A stretch of DNA of 63,239 nt, the filler included, from Octopus bimaculoides (taxonomy: Eukaryota), in assembly GCF_001194135.2 (NCBI RefSeq). It is 7 parts of 6 records of this genome, joined end to end, with 100 filler letters (N's around TTAATTAATTAA, not from the genome) between each part and the next. Parts side by side here need not be neighbours in the genome. Positions count along the whole stretch, not along the records: positions 1 to 6,215 come from NC_068982.1; positions 6,316 to 22,607 come from NC_068990.1; 5 more parts are not named here. One strand, written 5' to 3'. Shown here piece after piece: positions 1 through 11,110 of this stretch. Below the pieces are notes generated by a model, which did no database searches, was not told where the DNA came from, and saw only the letters and a list, made by a program, of their open reading frames with translations. Within the stretch, counting starts at the first letter, position 1; every line of letters begins with the position of its first letter. Position numbers and translations under genes: made by a program.

Positions 1-75
<75 letters not shown>

Positions 76-764
76 CGTATATTTACTTGCGTATACACAT
101 GAGCACAATTATATCCACACATTACACATACACACTTTGTGTATGCGTAAGTGTGTGTGTGTGTGTGTGTGTGCGTGTGTAAAGAGGAAGAGGGAAAAAG
201 AGAGAAGGGGTAAGAAAGAGTGGGGGAAAGACGGAAATGATGGCTCGTGATTGCATAGACGAATTTAGATACACACATAAACATACAAGCGCGCCCACAC
301 ACACGCGCATACACCGTCGCTGACGCATATAACAGGCATACACACATACATACACACACACATCCACACAAACACACACACTCTCACACACACATGCATG
401 TCTCTGTGTGTATATGCAAGCAAATAGAAACTTATGACTACATGTATATATTTTTTATCTTCTATCTATCTATCGTTCTGCTTATCTGTTGAGACATATT
501 TTGTGTATATTGGAAATTTATGTTTGTCTGCTGTCTGTCTGTCTGACAGTTGTCTGTCTGTCTAATTATTGTCTGTATGTTTGTATGCATATCTTTATGT
601 ATGTATGTATGTTGGTATGTATGCATATATTACACGTATGCACAGTTAGATATTTCAAAATATGAACTGTTTGACTGAAAAACTTTGTAGTATGTAAGGG
701 TTATTTTACATAACTACCAGAAACACGTGTATTAAGTGCATTCAAAATTTCAACGTTTGGTTTT

Positions 765-803
<39 letters not shown>

Positions 804-839
804 CAATACATACATACATATATATACACACACACGCAT

Positions 840-881
<42 letters not shown>

Positions 882-1512
882 ATATATATATACATATATA
901 CATATATACATACATGTATACACATATATCTATAAATAGAGATGACTATATATGCATGTATATTATATAATACATATATATATACATATATANNNNNNNN
1001 NNNNNNNNNNNNNNNNNNNNNNNNNNNNNNNNNNNNNNNNNNNNNNNNNNNNNNNNNNNNNNNNNNNNNNNNNNNNNNNNNNNNNNNNNNNNNNNNNNNN
1101 NNNNNNNNNNNNNNNNNNNNNNNNNNNNNNNNNNNNNNNNNNNNNNNNNNNNNNNNNNNNNNNNNNNNNNNNNNNNNNNNNNNNNNNNNNNNNNNNNNNN
1201 NNNNNNNNNNNNNNNNNNNNNNNNNNNNNNNNNNNNNNNNNNNNNNNNNNNNNNNNNNNNNNNNNNNNNNNNNNNNNNNNNNNNNNNNNNNNNNNNNNNN
1301 NNNNNNNNNNNNNNNNNNNNNNNNNNNNNNNNNNNNNNNNNNNNNNNNNNNNNNNNNNNNNNNNNNNNNNNNNNNNNNNNNNNNNNNNNNNNNNNNNNNN
1401 NNNNNNNNNNNNNNNNNNNNNNNNNNNNNNNNNNNNNNNNNNNNNNNNNNNNNNNNNNNNNNNNNNNNNNNNNNNNNNNNNNNNNNNNNNNNNNNNNNNN
1501 NNNNNNNNNNNN

Positions 1513-1570
<58 letters not shown>

Positions 1571-2026
1571 CTTAGACTGCTACTAACCTACTCGCCCTAC
1601 TCCTTCACACATACGTCGTTCACATGAACACAAACACACATGCACACAGACAATACCACAGACATACACAATGGGCGTTTTTACACTCTCCTGTCTTCAA
1701 AAATCACTTTCTCTATCTTCCTCCACTTCCGGTCAGTTATTTTTCAGCCATGTAGCGACACATGTCTCTGTAAGACTATTTTTCCCCTTCTCTCTGGACC
1801 TTTTCCTCTTACCTCTTTCTAACGAAGAATGATGCTCTAAACATTACACCCCGTCTTTTTACCATCTTAAACTATCTCTGAGCGTCAATCATAATACATT
1901 CAGTGTGTATATCCTCTTGACTTTTCTTGTTTTTCCTGCTTTTGTTTTTAATTTTGATTCGACATATACATATATATATATGTGTGTGTGTATGTATATA
2001 TATATATGTGCGTGTGTGTGTGTGTA

Positions 2027-2070
<44 letters not shown>

Positions 2071-2541
2071 AGAGGAGAAAGAGAAATAGAGGGAGACAGA
2101 ATAGAGATAAACAGAGATAGCGATATACACTCCTTTGTGAGTGGATTTGATAGACGGAAACTGAAAGAAGCCCGTCTTATGTGCATGTCTTTGTGCCTTT
2201 GTTTGTCCCCCATCACCGCTTGACAACCGGTGTGGGTGTGTTTACGTCTCCGTGACATAGCGATTCGGCAAAAGAGACCGATAGAATAAGTACTAGGCTT
2301 AAAAAATAAGTCCTGGGGTCAATTTGTTCGACTAAAACACTTTAAGACAATGCTCCAGCATGGCTGCAGTCAAATGACTGAAACAAGTAAAAGAATACGT
2401 TTATGAATTTGGGTTGTAAGATTCCTGATATAAAACCGTTGAAACAGCTATTACAGTTCTATATTTAAGAGATGAGGAATTATGCACACTATTTACATTA
2501 TTTACATTTGACAGATATTTGTCCTCGTCTTGTTTGTTGTT

Positions 2542-2587
2542 AACACAATGTTTCGGCTGATATACCCTCCAGCCTTCGTCAGGTGTC
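2542..2587 (-). ncRNA. Minimal type I hammerhead ribozyme motif, copy 1
   Basis: GACAC-CTGACGA-A-GGCTG-GAGGGTATAT-CAGCC-GAAA-CATT-GTGTT: intact core, 5-bp stem II and 5-bp stem I. The helix-III palindrome has decayed from ACGT to ACAT. Confidence 0.6.
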
Positions 2588-2671
2588 TTGGGGAAATTTC
2601 GAACCTGGGTTCTCATTCCTAAGGTATTTTTCGATGTTGTTATTATTATTATTATCATTATTATTATTATT

Positions 2672-3297
2672 GTTCAGTAGTTTTATTTTTATAACGTGCT
2701 TTCACTTCACTACCGAGCGCAACTATGTGTGCCTTGGGTATGTGGTGTGGTTTGCTGTGATGCTCTTATGATTACTGTATTGAAAGTGTTTTGCGTAGGA
2801 TGTGTGCAGTGCCCAGTAGTGCAATTTTCTGTATGTTATATATATTTGTAAGTCCTGGTGTTTTTGTTATNNNNNNNNNNNNNNNNNNNNNNNNNNNNNN
2901 NNNNNNNNNNNNNNNNNNNNNNNNNNNNNNNNNNNNNNNNNNNNNNNNNNNNNNNNNNNNNNNNNNNNNNNNNNNNNNNNNNNNNNNNNNNNNNNNNNNN
3001 NNNNNNNNNNNNNNNNNNNNNNNNNNNNNNNNNNNNNNNNNNNNNNNNNNNNNNNNNNNNNNNNNNNNNNNNNNNNNNNNNNNNNNNNNNNNNNNNNNNN
3101 NNNNNNNTCTGTGTGTATTGGCATATCCCAGAGTATGGTTGCTTTCTCGTTTTCTGTGACCTTTTCTGTTTATACCATCTTTTTTCTGTTGTTATTCCAT
3201 AGTGTTGGCATAGCTTCCAGTGTATATAGGTCCCAGCTCTGTCGTGTCTGTGAATATATTCCTTCTTAGCCAGGTCTGGGCAGCCAGAGATAATATG
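2672..3297 (-). mobile_element. 5'-truncated R4/Dong-clade non-LTR retrotransposon (C-terminus of the RLE-type ORF plus 3' UTR)
   Basis: Translation HIISGCPDLAKKEYIHRHDRAGTYIHWKLCQHYGI...ATILWDMPIHT [gap] ...NIQKIALLGTAHILRKTLSIQ* (stop at 2772-2774), with one frameshift. Flanked on both sides by (TAA)n. Confidence 0.85.
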
Positions 3298-3298
3298 A

Positions 3299-3344
<46 letters not shown>

Positions 3345-3689
3345 ATCATTATTATTATTCAGGTGACTGCCTGGAATTGAACTCGGAATCTTGGGGTTAG
3401 TAGCCCGCGCTCTTAACCACTACACCATATGCCCGTGGTCCACCACCACCACTAACAACAACAACAACAACAACAATAACAATAGCAACAATAACATTAC
3501 CTTAACATGACCACCATCACCACCGCCGCCATCACCTACCGTCATTGCTACAACGACTATTACTAAACCATCATCAGCATCATCATCATCATCACTACCA
3601 CCACCACTATCATCCCATTCATCATTATCATCATCATCTACTTTCACGACTGCGTCCCCACCTCGCCGCATCACTTTCATATACTATTC

Positions 3690-3898
3690 TACTGTAAGCA
3701 CAATGCTCGAAATTTTGTGCGGAAGGGGGCCAGTCGATTAGATCGACCCCAGTACGCAAATGGTACTTAATTTATCGACCCCGAAAGGATGAAAGGCAAG
3801 GTCGATCTCGGCGGAATTTGAACTCAGAGCGTAAAGACAGACGAAATACCGCTAAGCATTTTGCCCGGCGGGCTAACGTTTCTGCCAGCTCACCGCCT
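3690..3898 (-). mobile_element. tRNA-derived SINE 'family A' (head GGCGGTGAGCTGGCAGAAACGTTAGC)
   Basis: B box GAGTTCAAATTCC. Related copies lie at about 6858-6985(+), 11416-11592(-), 11593-11827(-), 14575-14758(-), 15020-15180(+), 15350-15560(+), 29305-29475(+), 39651-39865(+), 48950-49148(-) and 61650-61825(+). Confidence 0.9.
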
Positions 3899-3934
3899 CC
3901 CATCACATCCATATTAATATATCGACATCTAAAG

Positions 3935-4276
3935 CAGGGGTTCTCATCTATTTTTACCTATGTACCCCTTCGATTTCTATTTTATTCTGGTGGATCCCCA
4001 TAGTCATCCAATGTTTAAAATCTAATTATAGAAACTACTTTCTAAATTCCTATTTTGTTTTTCACACATTAACTTGTGTAGGTTGAACTATGTAAAATGT
4101 TAGAAAAAGAAACCTGTTTCTTGCGATACATACCAATAGATATATCTAAAGCAAAATTTTGTCAGGAGCTCTTAAAATACTATTGTAGATCCCTAATTTA
4201 CTATTTTGTTGCGTGAACTCTCAAAAACCGTACATGGCCCCCCAGGGGCCATAGGAATCCAAGTTGAGAATCACTG
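3935..4276. mobile_element. hAT-superfamily MITE
   Basis: Imperfect TIRs CAGGGGTTCTCA... / ...TGAGAATCACTG with an exact 8-bp target-site duplication ATCTAAAG (3927-3934 and 4277-4284). Confidence 0.88.
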
Positions 4277-5388
4277 ATCTAAAGTAACCCACCAATCTAC
4301 ACACCTAATAGGATCGCTAGAAATAATAACCAAAGTTTTCGCAAATCACACCTTATCTTCTAGAAGAAAACAAAATGACCACATCAGTACTTGATACACT
4401 TTGAGGAAATAGTGACGAAATTGTCACGGCTACCTATGTATGTTGAATGAAATATAAACAAATAAAACCAAGTCTATCGTTTCCATCCTGTTTTGTATCA
4501 GTATGATAAAAGTCCTACCGTGGCGGTATGGTTTAATTGATAGAAAGGTGTGCTGAGGAAATATCAAGTGTAGAGTGTTGAGGTGTCTAACAGATCCGCT
4601 ATTTTCCCATACCAACAACCGTTTACCATCCGTTCCCGCTCACTTAACACTCCTTTCCAACATCTGCATATTAAACGTTCAGCTCTTTTCATAATGGCCG
4701 TCAGCTAAAATATTTACCTGATCTCAAACTAGAAAAACTTGCTTTAATTATCACGTTTCCCACCATCTCTTTTCTCTCTCCTTCCCTCTCCCTCTCTCTC
4801 TCTCTAGTATTTATGCTCATATTGATATTCATACATACGAATATGAATTTGCATTTTACTATACACACACACTCACATACATGCATTATCTATCAATCAT
4901 TATATATATATATATATATATATATAAACATTCGCATACATATATATACATACATACATATATATTATATTATATATAATGTATATGTGTGTGTATATAT
5001 ATGTATATATATATATATATATATNNNNNNNNNNNNNNNNNNNNNNNNNNNNNNNNNNNNNNNNNNNNNNNNNNNNNNNNNNNNNNNNNNNNNNNNNNNN
5101 NNNNNNNNNNNNNNNNNNNNNNNNNNNNNNNNNNNNNNNNNNNNNNNNNNNNNNNNNNNNNNNNNNNNNNNNNNNNNNNNNNNNNNNNNNNNNNNNNNNN
5201 NNNNNNNNNNNNNNNNNNNNNNNNNNNNNNNNNNNNNNNNNNNNNNNNNNNNNNNNNNNNNNNNNNNNNNNNNNNNNNNNNNNNNNNNNNNNNNNNNNNN
5301 NNNNNNNNNNNNNNNNNNNNNNNNNNNNNNNNNNNNNNNNNNNNNNNNNNNNNNNNNNNNNNNNNNNNNNNNNNNNNNNNNNNNNNNN

Positions 5389-6158
5389 ACATTCTAGCTC
5401 ACTTCTGCTGTTTACAGCAGCGCTTCGAAGAAACATGCGTAGTGTGTGGTGGTCGCATTGATCATGACAGAGAAAGTTGAGCAGAGAATCGGCATCAAAT
5501 TTTGTTAAAAGCTAGGCGATACCCGCTGAGAGGCCTACGCAAATTTTTCAATAGGGTTTTCATCGTTCTCAGTACAATCAAGATCTTGTGCAACTGAAAC
5601 CCGAGTGTCTTTTGGGTCAGCTGAAAGCAGTTTTGGCACAAACTTGGCAGACACACGGCTCATACTCAAATCTTCAGTGATAATGGAATGAACTGGACCA
5701 TAACTAATCTGCATGTCCTCTGATAACTCATGGATGGTGATTCGACGATTTCCCCTCACAGCTGCTCGCACATCTGCGAGGTTTTTCTCAGTTCTGCTAG
5801 TTCCGGTCTTCACAAAACGTTCGTCAATATCGACATTTTTCGGCCAAATTGGAAACGTCTGAACCACTCGTACACTTGTATGTGACTCATACACTCCTCT
5901 CCATACACTTCCTGCACTTTTGCGTCGGTCTCTGAGGAAGTATCACCATGACAATTTTCTTTGTCGTGATCAACGCGACGATCACACGCTACATACATTC
6001 CTTCCAAGCAGTGCTGTAAACAGAAGTGAGCTAGTACGTTAAAATTTAGTGCGCATGCACAGCAGAGTTCATGGTCAATCTGTGACAAGCGGCTATACTC
6101 TGAGTGCTTTAGCTTCGTTATTATGGCAACAGTCCTGATACTTATTGACTAGCCCTCG
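5389..6158 (-). mobile_element. Mariner transposase remnants: two 5' portions joined in inverted orientation
   Basis: The - strand gives VYGEECMSHIQVYEWFRRFQ and RRITIHELSEDMQISYGPVHSIITEDLSMSRVSAKFVPKLL (mariner HTH and WVP-like linker), with a TIR-like CGAGGGCTAGTCAATAAGT at 6158. The + strand at 5389-5543 encodes MTEKVEQRIGIKFC*KLGDT. Confidence 0.85.
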
Positions 6159-6180
6159 AACACACACACACACACACACA

Positions 6181-6215
<35 letters not shown>

Positions 6216-6315
6216 NNNNNNNNNNNNNNNNNNNNNNNNNNNNNNNNNNNNNNNNNNNNTTAATTAATTAANNNNNNNNNNNNNNNNNNNNNNNNNNNNN
6301 NNNNNNNNNNNNNNN

Positions 6316-6452
6316 ATAATATAATATAATATAATATAATATAATATAATATAATATAATATAATATAATATAATATAATATAATATAATATAATATAAT
6401 ATAATATAATATAATATAATATAATATAATATAATATAATATAATATAATAT
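6316..6452 (+). repeat. (ATAAT)n pentanucleotide microsatellite
   Basis: Perfect tandem repeat abutting a gap. Confidence 0.95.
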
Positions 6453-6454
6453 AG

Positions 6455-6820
6455 GTGTAGGTGAAATGGTCCAGTGGTTAGGGCATAGGACTCGCAGTCG
6501 GAGGATCGAGGTTTCGATTTCCAGACCGTTGTGAGTGTTTATTGAGCAAAAACACCTAAAGCTCCACGAGGCTCCGGTAGGGGATGATGGCGAACCCTGC
6601 TGTACTCTATCGATCTTTCGCTTACTCTTTCTTCTGTTTCCGTTGTACCTGTATTTCAAAGGACCAGCTTTGTCACACTGTGTGTCACGCTGAATTTGTC
6701 CCCGTTAAGGATACACGTGTCCGTGGAGTGGTTCAGCCACTTGCAAGTTCATTTCACGAGCAGGTTGTTCTGTCGATTGGATCAACGGGAACCCTGGTCG
6801 TCGTAACCAACAGAGCGCCA
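6455..6820 (+). mobile_element. tRNA-derived SINE 'family C'
   Basis: tRNA-like head plus a body containing TACCTGTATTTCAAAGG...TTGTCACAC. Related copies at about 14795-15000(-) and 40838-41105(+); related heads at about 39129-39250(+) and 17150-17325(-). Confidence 0.8.
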
Positions 6821-7282
6821 CGTAATATTATACAATATAATATGGTGGAGCTGGCAGAGGTCTACTTTGTTTTTCATCCTTTCGGGGTCGATTAATTAAG
6901 TAGCAGTTGCGTACTGGGGTCGATCTAATTGTCTGGCCATCTCCCTAAAAATTTCCGGCTATGTACCAAGAATAGAAAAGAATAAAATATAACATAAAAA
7001 CAAAGAACATAGAAGTAATTAAGGAAAATATCCAAGAAGCAAATATATCAGCGAATTGTTATTTCCTCAGTGAGTCTTCGTTATAGTTTCTTGATACTAA
7101 TTATATATTTTTAGGTGGTGGTGGGTGATGATGATGATGATGAGGAGGAGGAGGAGGAGGAGATGGTGGAGGTATTTTCTTGAAATGTTTCGGATATCTT
7201 GATATTTTTTGCTATTGTATTTTACATGTGTATGGATGTGTCAACATTTGTGTGTGCGTACGTATATAATTTTAATATATAC

Positions 7283-7330
<48 letters not shown>

Positions 7331-7885
7331 NNNNNNNNNNNNNNNNNNNNNNNNNNNNNNNNNNNNNNNNNNNNNNNNNNNNNNNNNNNNNNNNNNNNNN
7401 NNNNNNNNNNNNNNNNNNNNNNNNNNNNNNNNNNNNNNNNNNNNNNNNNNNNNNNNNNNNNNNNNNNNNNNNNNNNNNNNNNNNNNNNNNNNNNNNNNNN
7501 NNNNNNNNNNNNNNNNNNNNNNNNNNNNNNNNNNNNNNNNNNNNNNNNNNNNNNNNNNNNNNNNNNNNNNNNNNNNNNNNNNNNNNNNNNNNNNNNNNNN
7601 NNNNNNNNNNNNNNNNNNNNNNNNNNNNNNNNNNNNNNNNNNNNNNNNNNNNNNNNNNNNNNNNNNNNNNNNNNNNNNNNNNNNNNNNNNNNNNNNNNNN
7701 NNNNNNNNNNNNNNNNNNNNNNNNNNNNNNNNNNNNNNNNNNNNNNNNNNNNNNNNNNNNNNNNNNNNNNNNNNNNNNNNNNNNNNNNNNNNNNNNNNNN
7801 NNNNNNNNNNNNNNNNNNNNNNNNNNNNNNNNNNNNNNNNNNNNNNNNNNNNNNNNNNNNNNNNNNNNNNNNNNNNNNNNNNNNN

Positions 7886-7930
<45 letters not shown>

Positions 7931-8647
7931 CATACATACATACATATATATAAATATATACATGCGTGTGTTTATGTGTATGTGTTTGTGTGTGTGTACA
8001 GCCCGCTCAGTCTCCGTACATTAAGAGCAGTTCTTTAAATATATTTTTGTAATACAGCGAAACATCGAGTTCTCCATAACTCTTGCCACATAATTTTTTT
8101 TCAATACACAATAATACACACACACGTACACTAACTTTTTCTATCATTTTCCGACGTGGGTTTTCCTATCTCTACTTCATATTCTCTAGTTATTCTATTA
8201 AGTCTTTCTTTCTCTGTCTCCTTCCATCAACTCATTTCTCATCCTACCTCTGTTTCCTCATTATCAAGTACCACCGAATAACCTTTTTTTGTTTATTGTT
8301 GTTAATTTTATTCTATCGTTTTCCTTTCTTAATTTTACATTTTTTTCTGTCATACCTTTCATGTTTCGTTTCGTTTCGTTTCGTTTCGTTTGATTTTGTA
8401 GTTGATCTGCAGTTGTTTTGTTGTTGTTATTCATAAATCTTTGCTAATTTTATTATTCTCTCCGGAAGATATTTTTTTAGTTTCGATTTCCTTCGAAGTT
8501 ATTTTCTTTTCATTTTCTCGTTTTGCTGTTTTTTTTTCTTTATATATTTATCAAAAATACAACTTTTACAAATATACGTCTAATCTCGCTATTCATGAAT
8601 AATTTTGCTCTCTCACTCCCCCTCTCTAGCTTTTCCTTGCTCTCCGT

Positions 8648-8701
<54 letters not shown>

Positions 8702-9287
8702 NNNNNNNNNNNNNNNNNNNNNNNNNNNNNNNNNNNNNNNNNNNNNNNNNNNNNNNNNNNNNNNNNNNNNNNNNNNNNNNNNNNNNNNNNNNNNNNNNNN
8801 NNNNNNNNNNNNNNNNNNNNNNNNNNNNNNNNNNNNNNNNNNNNNNNNNNNNNNNNNNNNNNNNNNNNNNNNNNNNNNNNNNNNNNNNNNNNNNNNNNNN
8901 NNNNNNNNNNNNNNNNNNNNNNNNNNNNNNNNNNNNNNNNNNNNNNNNNNNNNNNNNNNNNNNNNNNNNNNNNNNNNNNNNNNNNNNNNNNNNNNNNNNN
9001 NNNNNNNNNNNNNNNNNNNNNNNNNNNNNNNNNNNNNNNNNNNNNNNNNNNNNNNNNNNNNNNNNNNNNNNNNNNNNNNNNNNNNNNNNNNNNNNNNNNN
9101 NNNNNNNNNNNNNNNNNNNNNNNNNNNNNNNNNNNNNNNNNNNNNNNNNNNNNNNNNNNNNNNNNNNNNNNNNNNNNNNNNNNNNNNNNNNNNNNNNNNN
9201 NNNNNNNNNNNNNNNNNNNNNNNNNNNNNNNNNNNNNNNNNNNNNNNNNNNNNNNNNNNNNNNNNNNNNNNNNNNNNNNNNNNNNNN

Positions 9288-9371
<84 letters not shown>

Positions 9372-10159
9372 TGCGATTGCCAGTCAAGTCTTTACTCCGC
9401 TGGGTGTCTAAATCTTATAAGCATGGGAAAATATTCGCTTGGAATTTTATTGATTTTGAGTTTAAGCTCATTTATTCAGCAGATCATTAAGGTTTATATA
9501 AAATATTTGGTGTCATGCATAGATGAGCTGATATCTGGGTAACTACAGATATATNNNNNNNNNNNNNNNNNNNNNNNNNNNNNNNNNNNNNNNNNNNNNN
9601 NNNNNNNNNNNNNNNNNNNNNNNNNNNNNNNNNNNNNNNNNNNNNNNNNNNNNNNNNNNNNNNNNNNNNNNNNNNNNNNNNNNNNNNNNNNNNNNNNNNN
9701 NNNNNNNNNNNNNNNNNNNNNNNNNNNNNNNNNNNNNNNNNNNNNNNNNNNNNNNNNNNNNNNNNNNNNNNNNNNNNNNNNNNNNNNNNNNNNNNNNNNN
9801 NNNNNNNNNNNNNNNNNNNNNNNNNNNNNNNNNNNNNNNNNNNNNNNNNNNNNNNNNNNNNNNNNNNNNNNNNNNNNNNNNNNNNNNNNNNNNNNNNNNN
9901 NNNNNNNNNNNNNNNNNNNNNNNNNNNNNNNNNNNNNNNNNNNNNNNNNNNNNNATATATATATATATACGACGGTCTTTCAGTTTCTCTCTACCAAATC
10001 CACTTACAATGCTTTAGTTGGTCCGAGGCTATAGTAGAAGACACCTGCCCGAGGTGCCACGCAGTGGGACTGAACCCGGAACCATGTGGCTGGTAAGCAA
10101 CCTACTCTTCTCTGTTTTTTGTCTTGATTGTGTCTTCTCGTTTTTTTTCCCTCTTATTC

Positions 10160-10195
10160 CTTTCTGCTGAAGAGCGTAGGCTCGAAACGTAAAAG
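10160..10195 (+). ncRNA. Variant minimal hammerhead-like motif (A6C)
   Basis: CTTT-CTGCTGA-A-GAGC-GTAG-GCTC-GAAA-CGTA-AAAG: 4-bp stem I, 4-bp stem II, palindromic ACGT and a GUA triplet. The core deviates at position 6. Confidence 0.4.
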
Positions 10196-10693
10196 ACTTT
10201 CTTATTTCCAGAGCGTTAAACTAATACACCTGCTTGTTGTTCATACACCTGTTTTCATTATTAGTTTTAGGTCAAGCATAACCAAAGTTATATATTTGGA
10301 ATGTGACAAAACTTGTCAGGCACTCACAATGCTCATTCAGTCGATAGGGCGTTGGCAACAACATTTTATACGCAGCGAGGGAGTTAGCAGCAACCATGAG
10401 CTACGCCATTCTTCGGGTAGCATGGGTGTTTGCAATGGCTAGTAATGCGATTTATTGCGGAAATCTTTCAACGCAGTGGCTGTACACATCCGGCAGAAAT
10501 TCCTAACCTGGCATTGCCACTTCGAACGGCCATTAACAGCCCAGGCTAAGTTCTGTGGGTTCAGAAGATATTTCTAAGTTTATAGTCAGCTGGGCCTTTC
10601 TAACTTTGAAGAGAGTTACGTAACATTTCGCCATACACATGTTCACTGTCTAGGAATACGTGACATATGGGGATGTAACTAACAGAACGGTGC

Positions 10694-10877
10694 AGGCGTG
10701 GCTGTGTGGCAAGCAACTTGCTTCCCAACCACTTGGTTCTGGGTTCGGTCAATGTGCGTGTCATCTTGGGCTAGTGTCTTCTACTATAACCTTGTGTCGA
10801 CCAAAGATTTGTGAGTGAATTTGGTAGACGGAAACTCTAAGAAACTCGTTGTATATGCACGCGCGCGTGTGTGTGAA

Positions 10878-10921
<44 letters not shown>

Positions 10922-11110
10922 TATTTCCTCACCACTGCATGACAACGGCGTTGGTGCATTTACATCCCCTTACTGTAGCGGTTCGGCAAAAGAAACCGGT
11001 AAAATAAGTACTAGTCTTAAAAAAGTAAGTTCTGGGATCGATTTGTTCGACAAGATCCTTTCCAGGCGGTGCCTCTGCATGGCCGCGGTCAAATTACTGA
11101 AACAAATAAA
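10694..11110 (+). mobile_element. tRNA-derived SINE 'family B', bipartite with an internal TA/TG microsatellite
   Basis: Head GGCGCAGG..TGGCTGTGTGG and 3' end GCATGGCCGCAGTCAAATGACTGAAACAAG. Copies at about 2128-2395(+), 9965-10108(-), 14106-14485(+), 17900-18120(-), 21148-21530(+), 27832-28150(-), 38120-38500(-) and 60255-60575(-). Confidence 0.9.

Larger units (their letters stand above)
2454..3438 (-). mobile_element. tRNA-headed SINE ('family D') with a hammerhead-containing body, interrupted by a Dong LINE
   Basis: Head at 3359-3438 has an A box (TGGTGTAGTGG) and a B box (GAGTTCAATTCC), followed by (AAT)n. The body at 2454-2640 is shared with copies at 21548-21727 and 21948-22098. Confidence 0.75.

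Noticed and set aside
3359-3438. tRNA-like sequences (also heads of families A, B, C and 62140-62215) as tRNA genes
   Set aside because: The acceptor stems do not close, and they continue into repeat bodies; they are SINE heads.
3440-3680. Asp/Gly/Leu-rich ORF 3420-3680 and His/Thr/Pro-rich ORFs 56575-56944
   Set aside because: Compound trinucleotide microsatellites.
6260-6271. TTAATTAATTAA recurring at 6260, 22652, 30935, 45003, 56575 and 60622
   Set aside because: Each copy is embedded in a short N gap (44 N + 12 nt + 44 N where counted). It is an artificial six-frame-stop scaffolding linker, not biology. Adjacency across these joins is uncertain.
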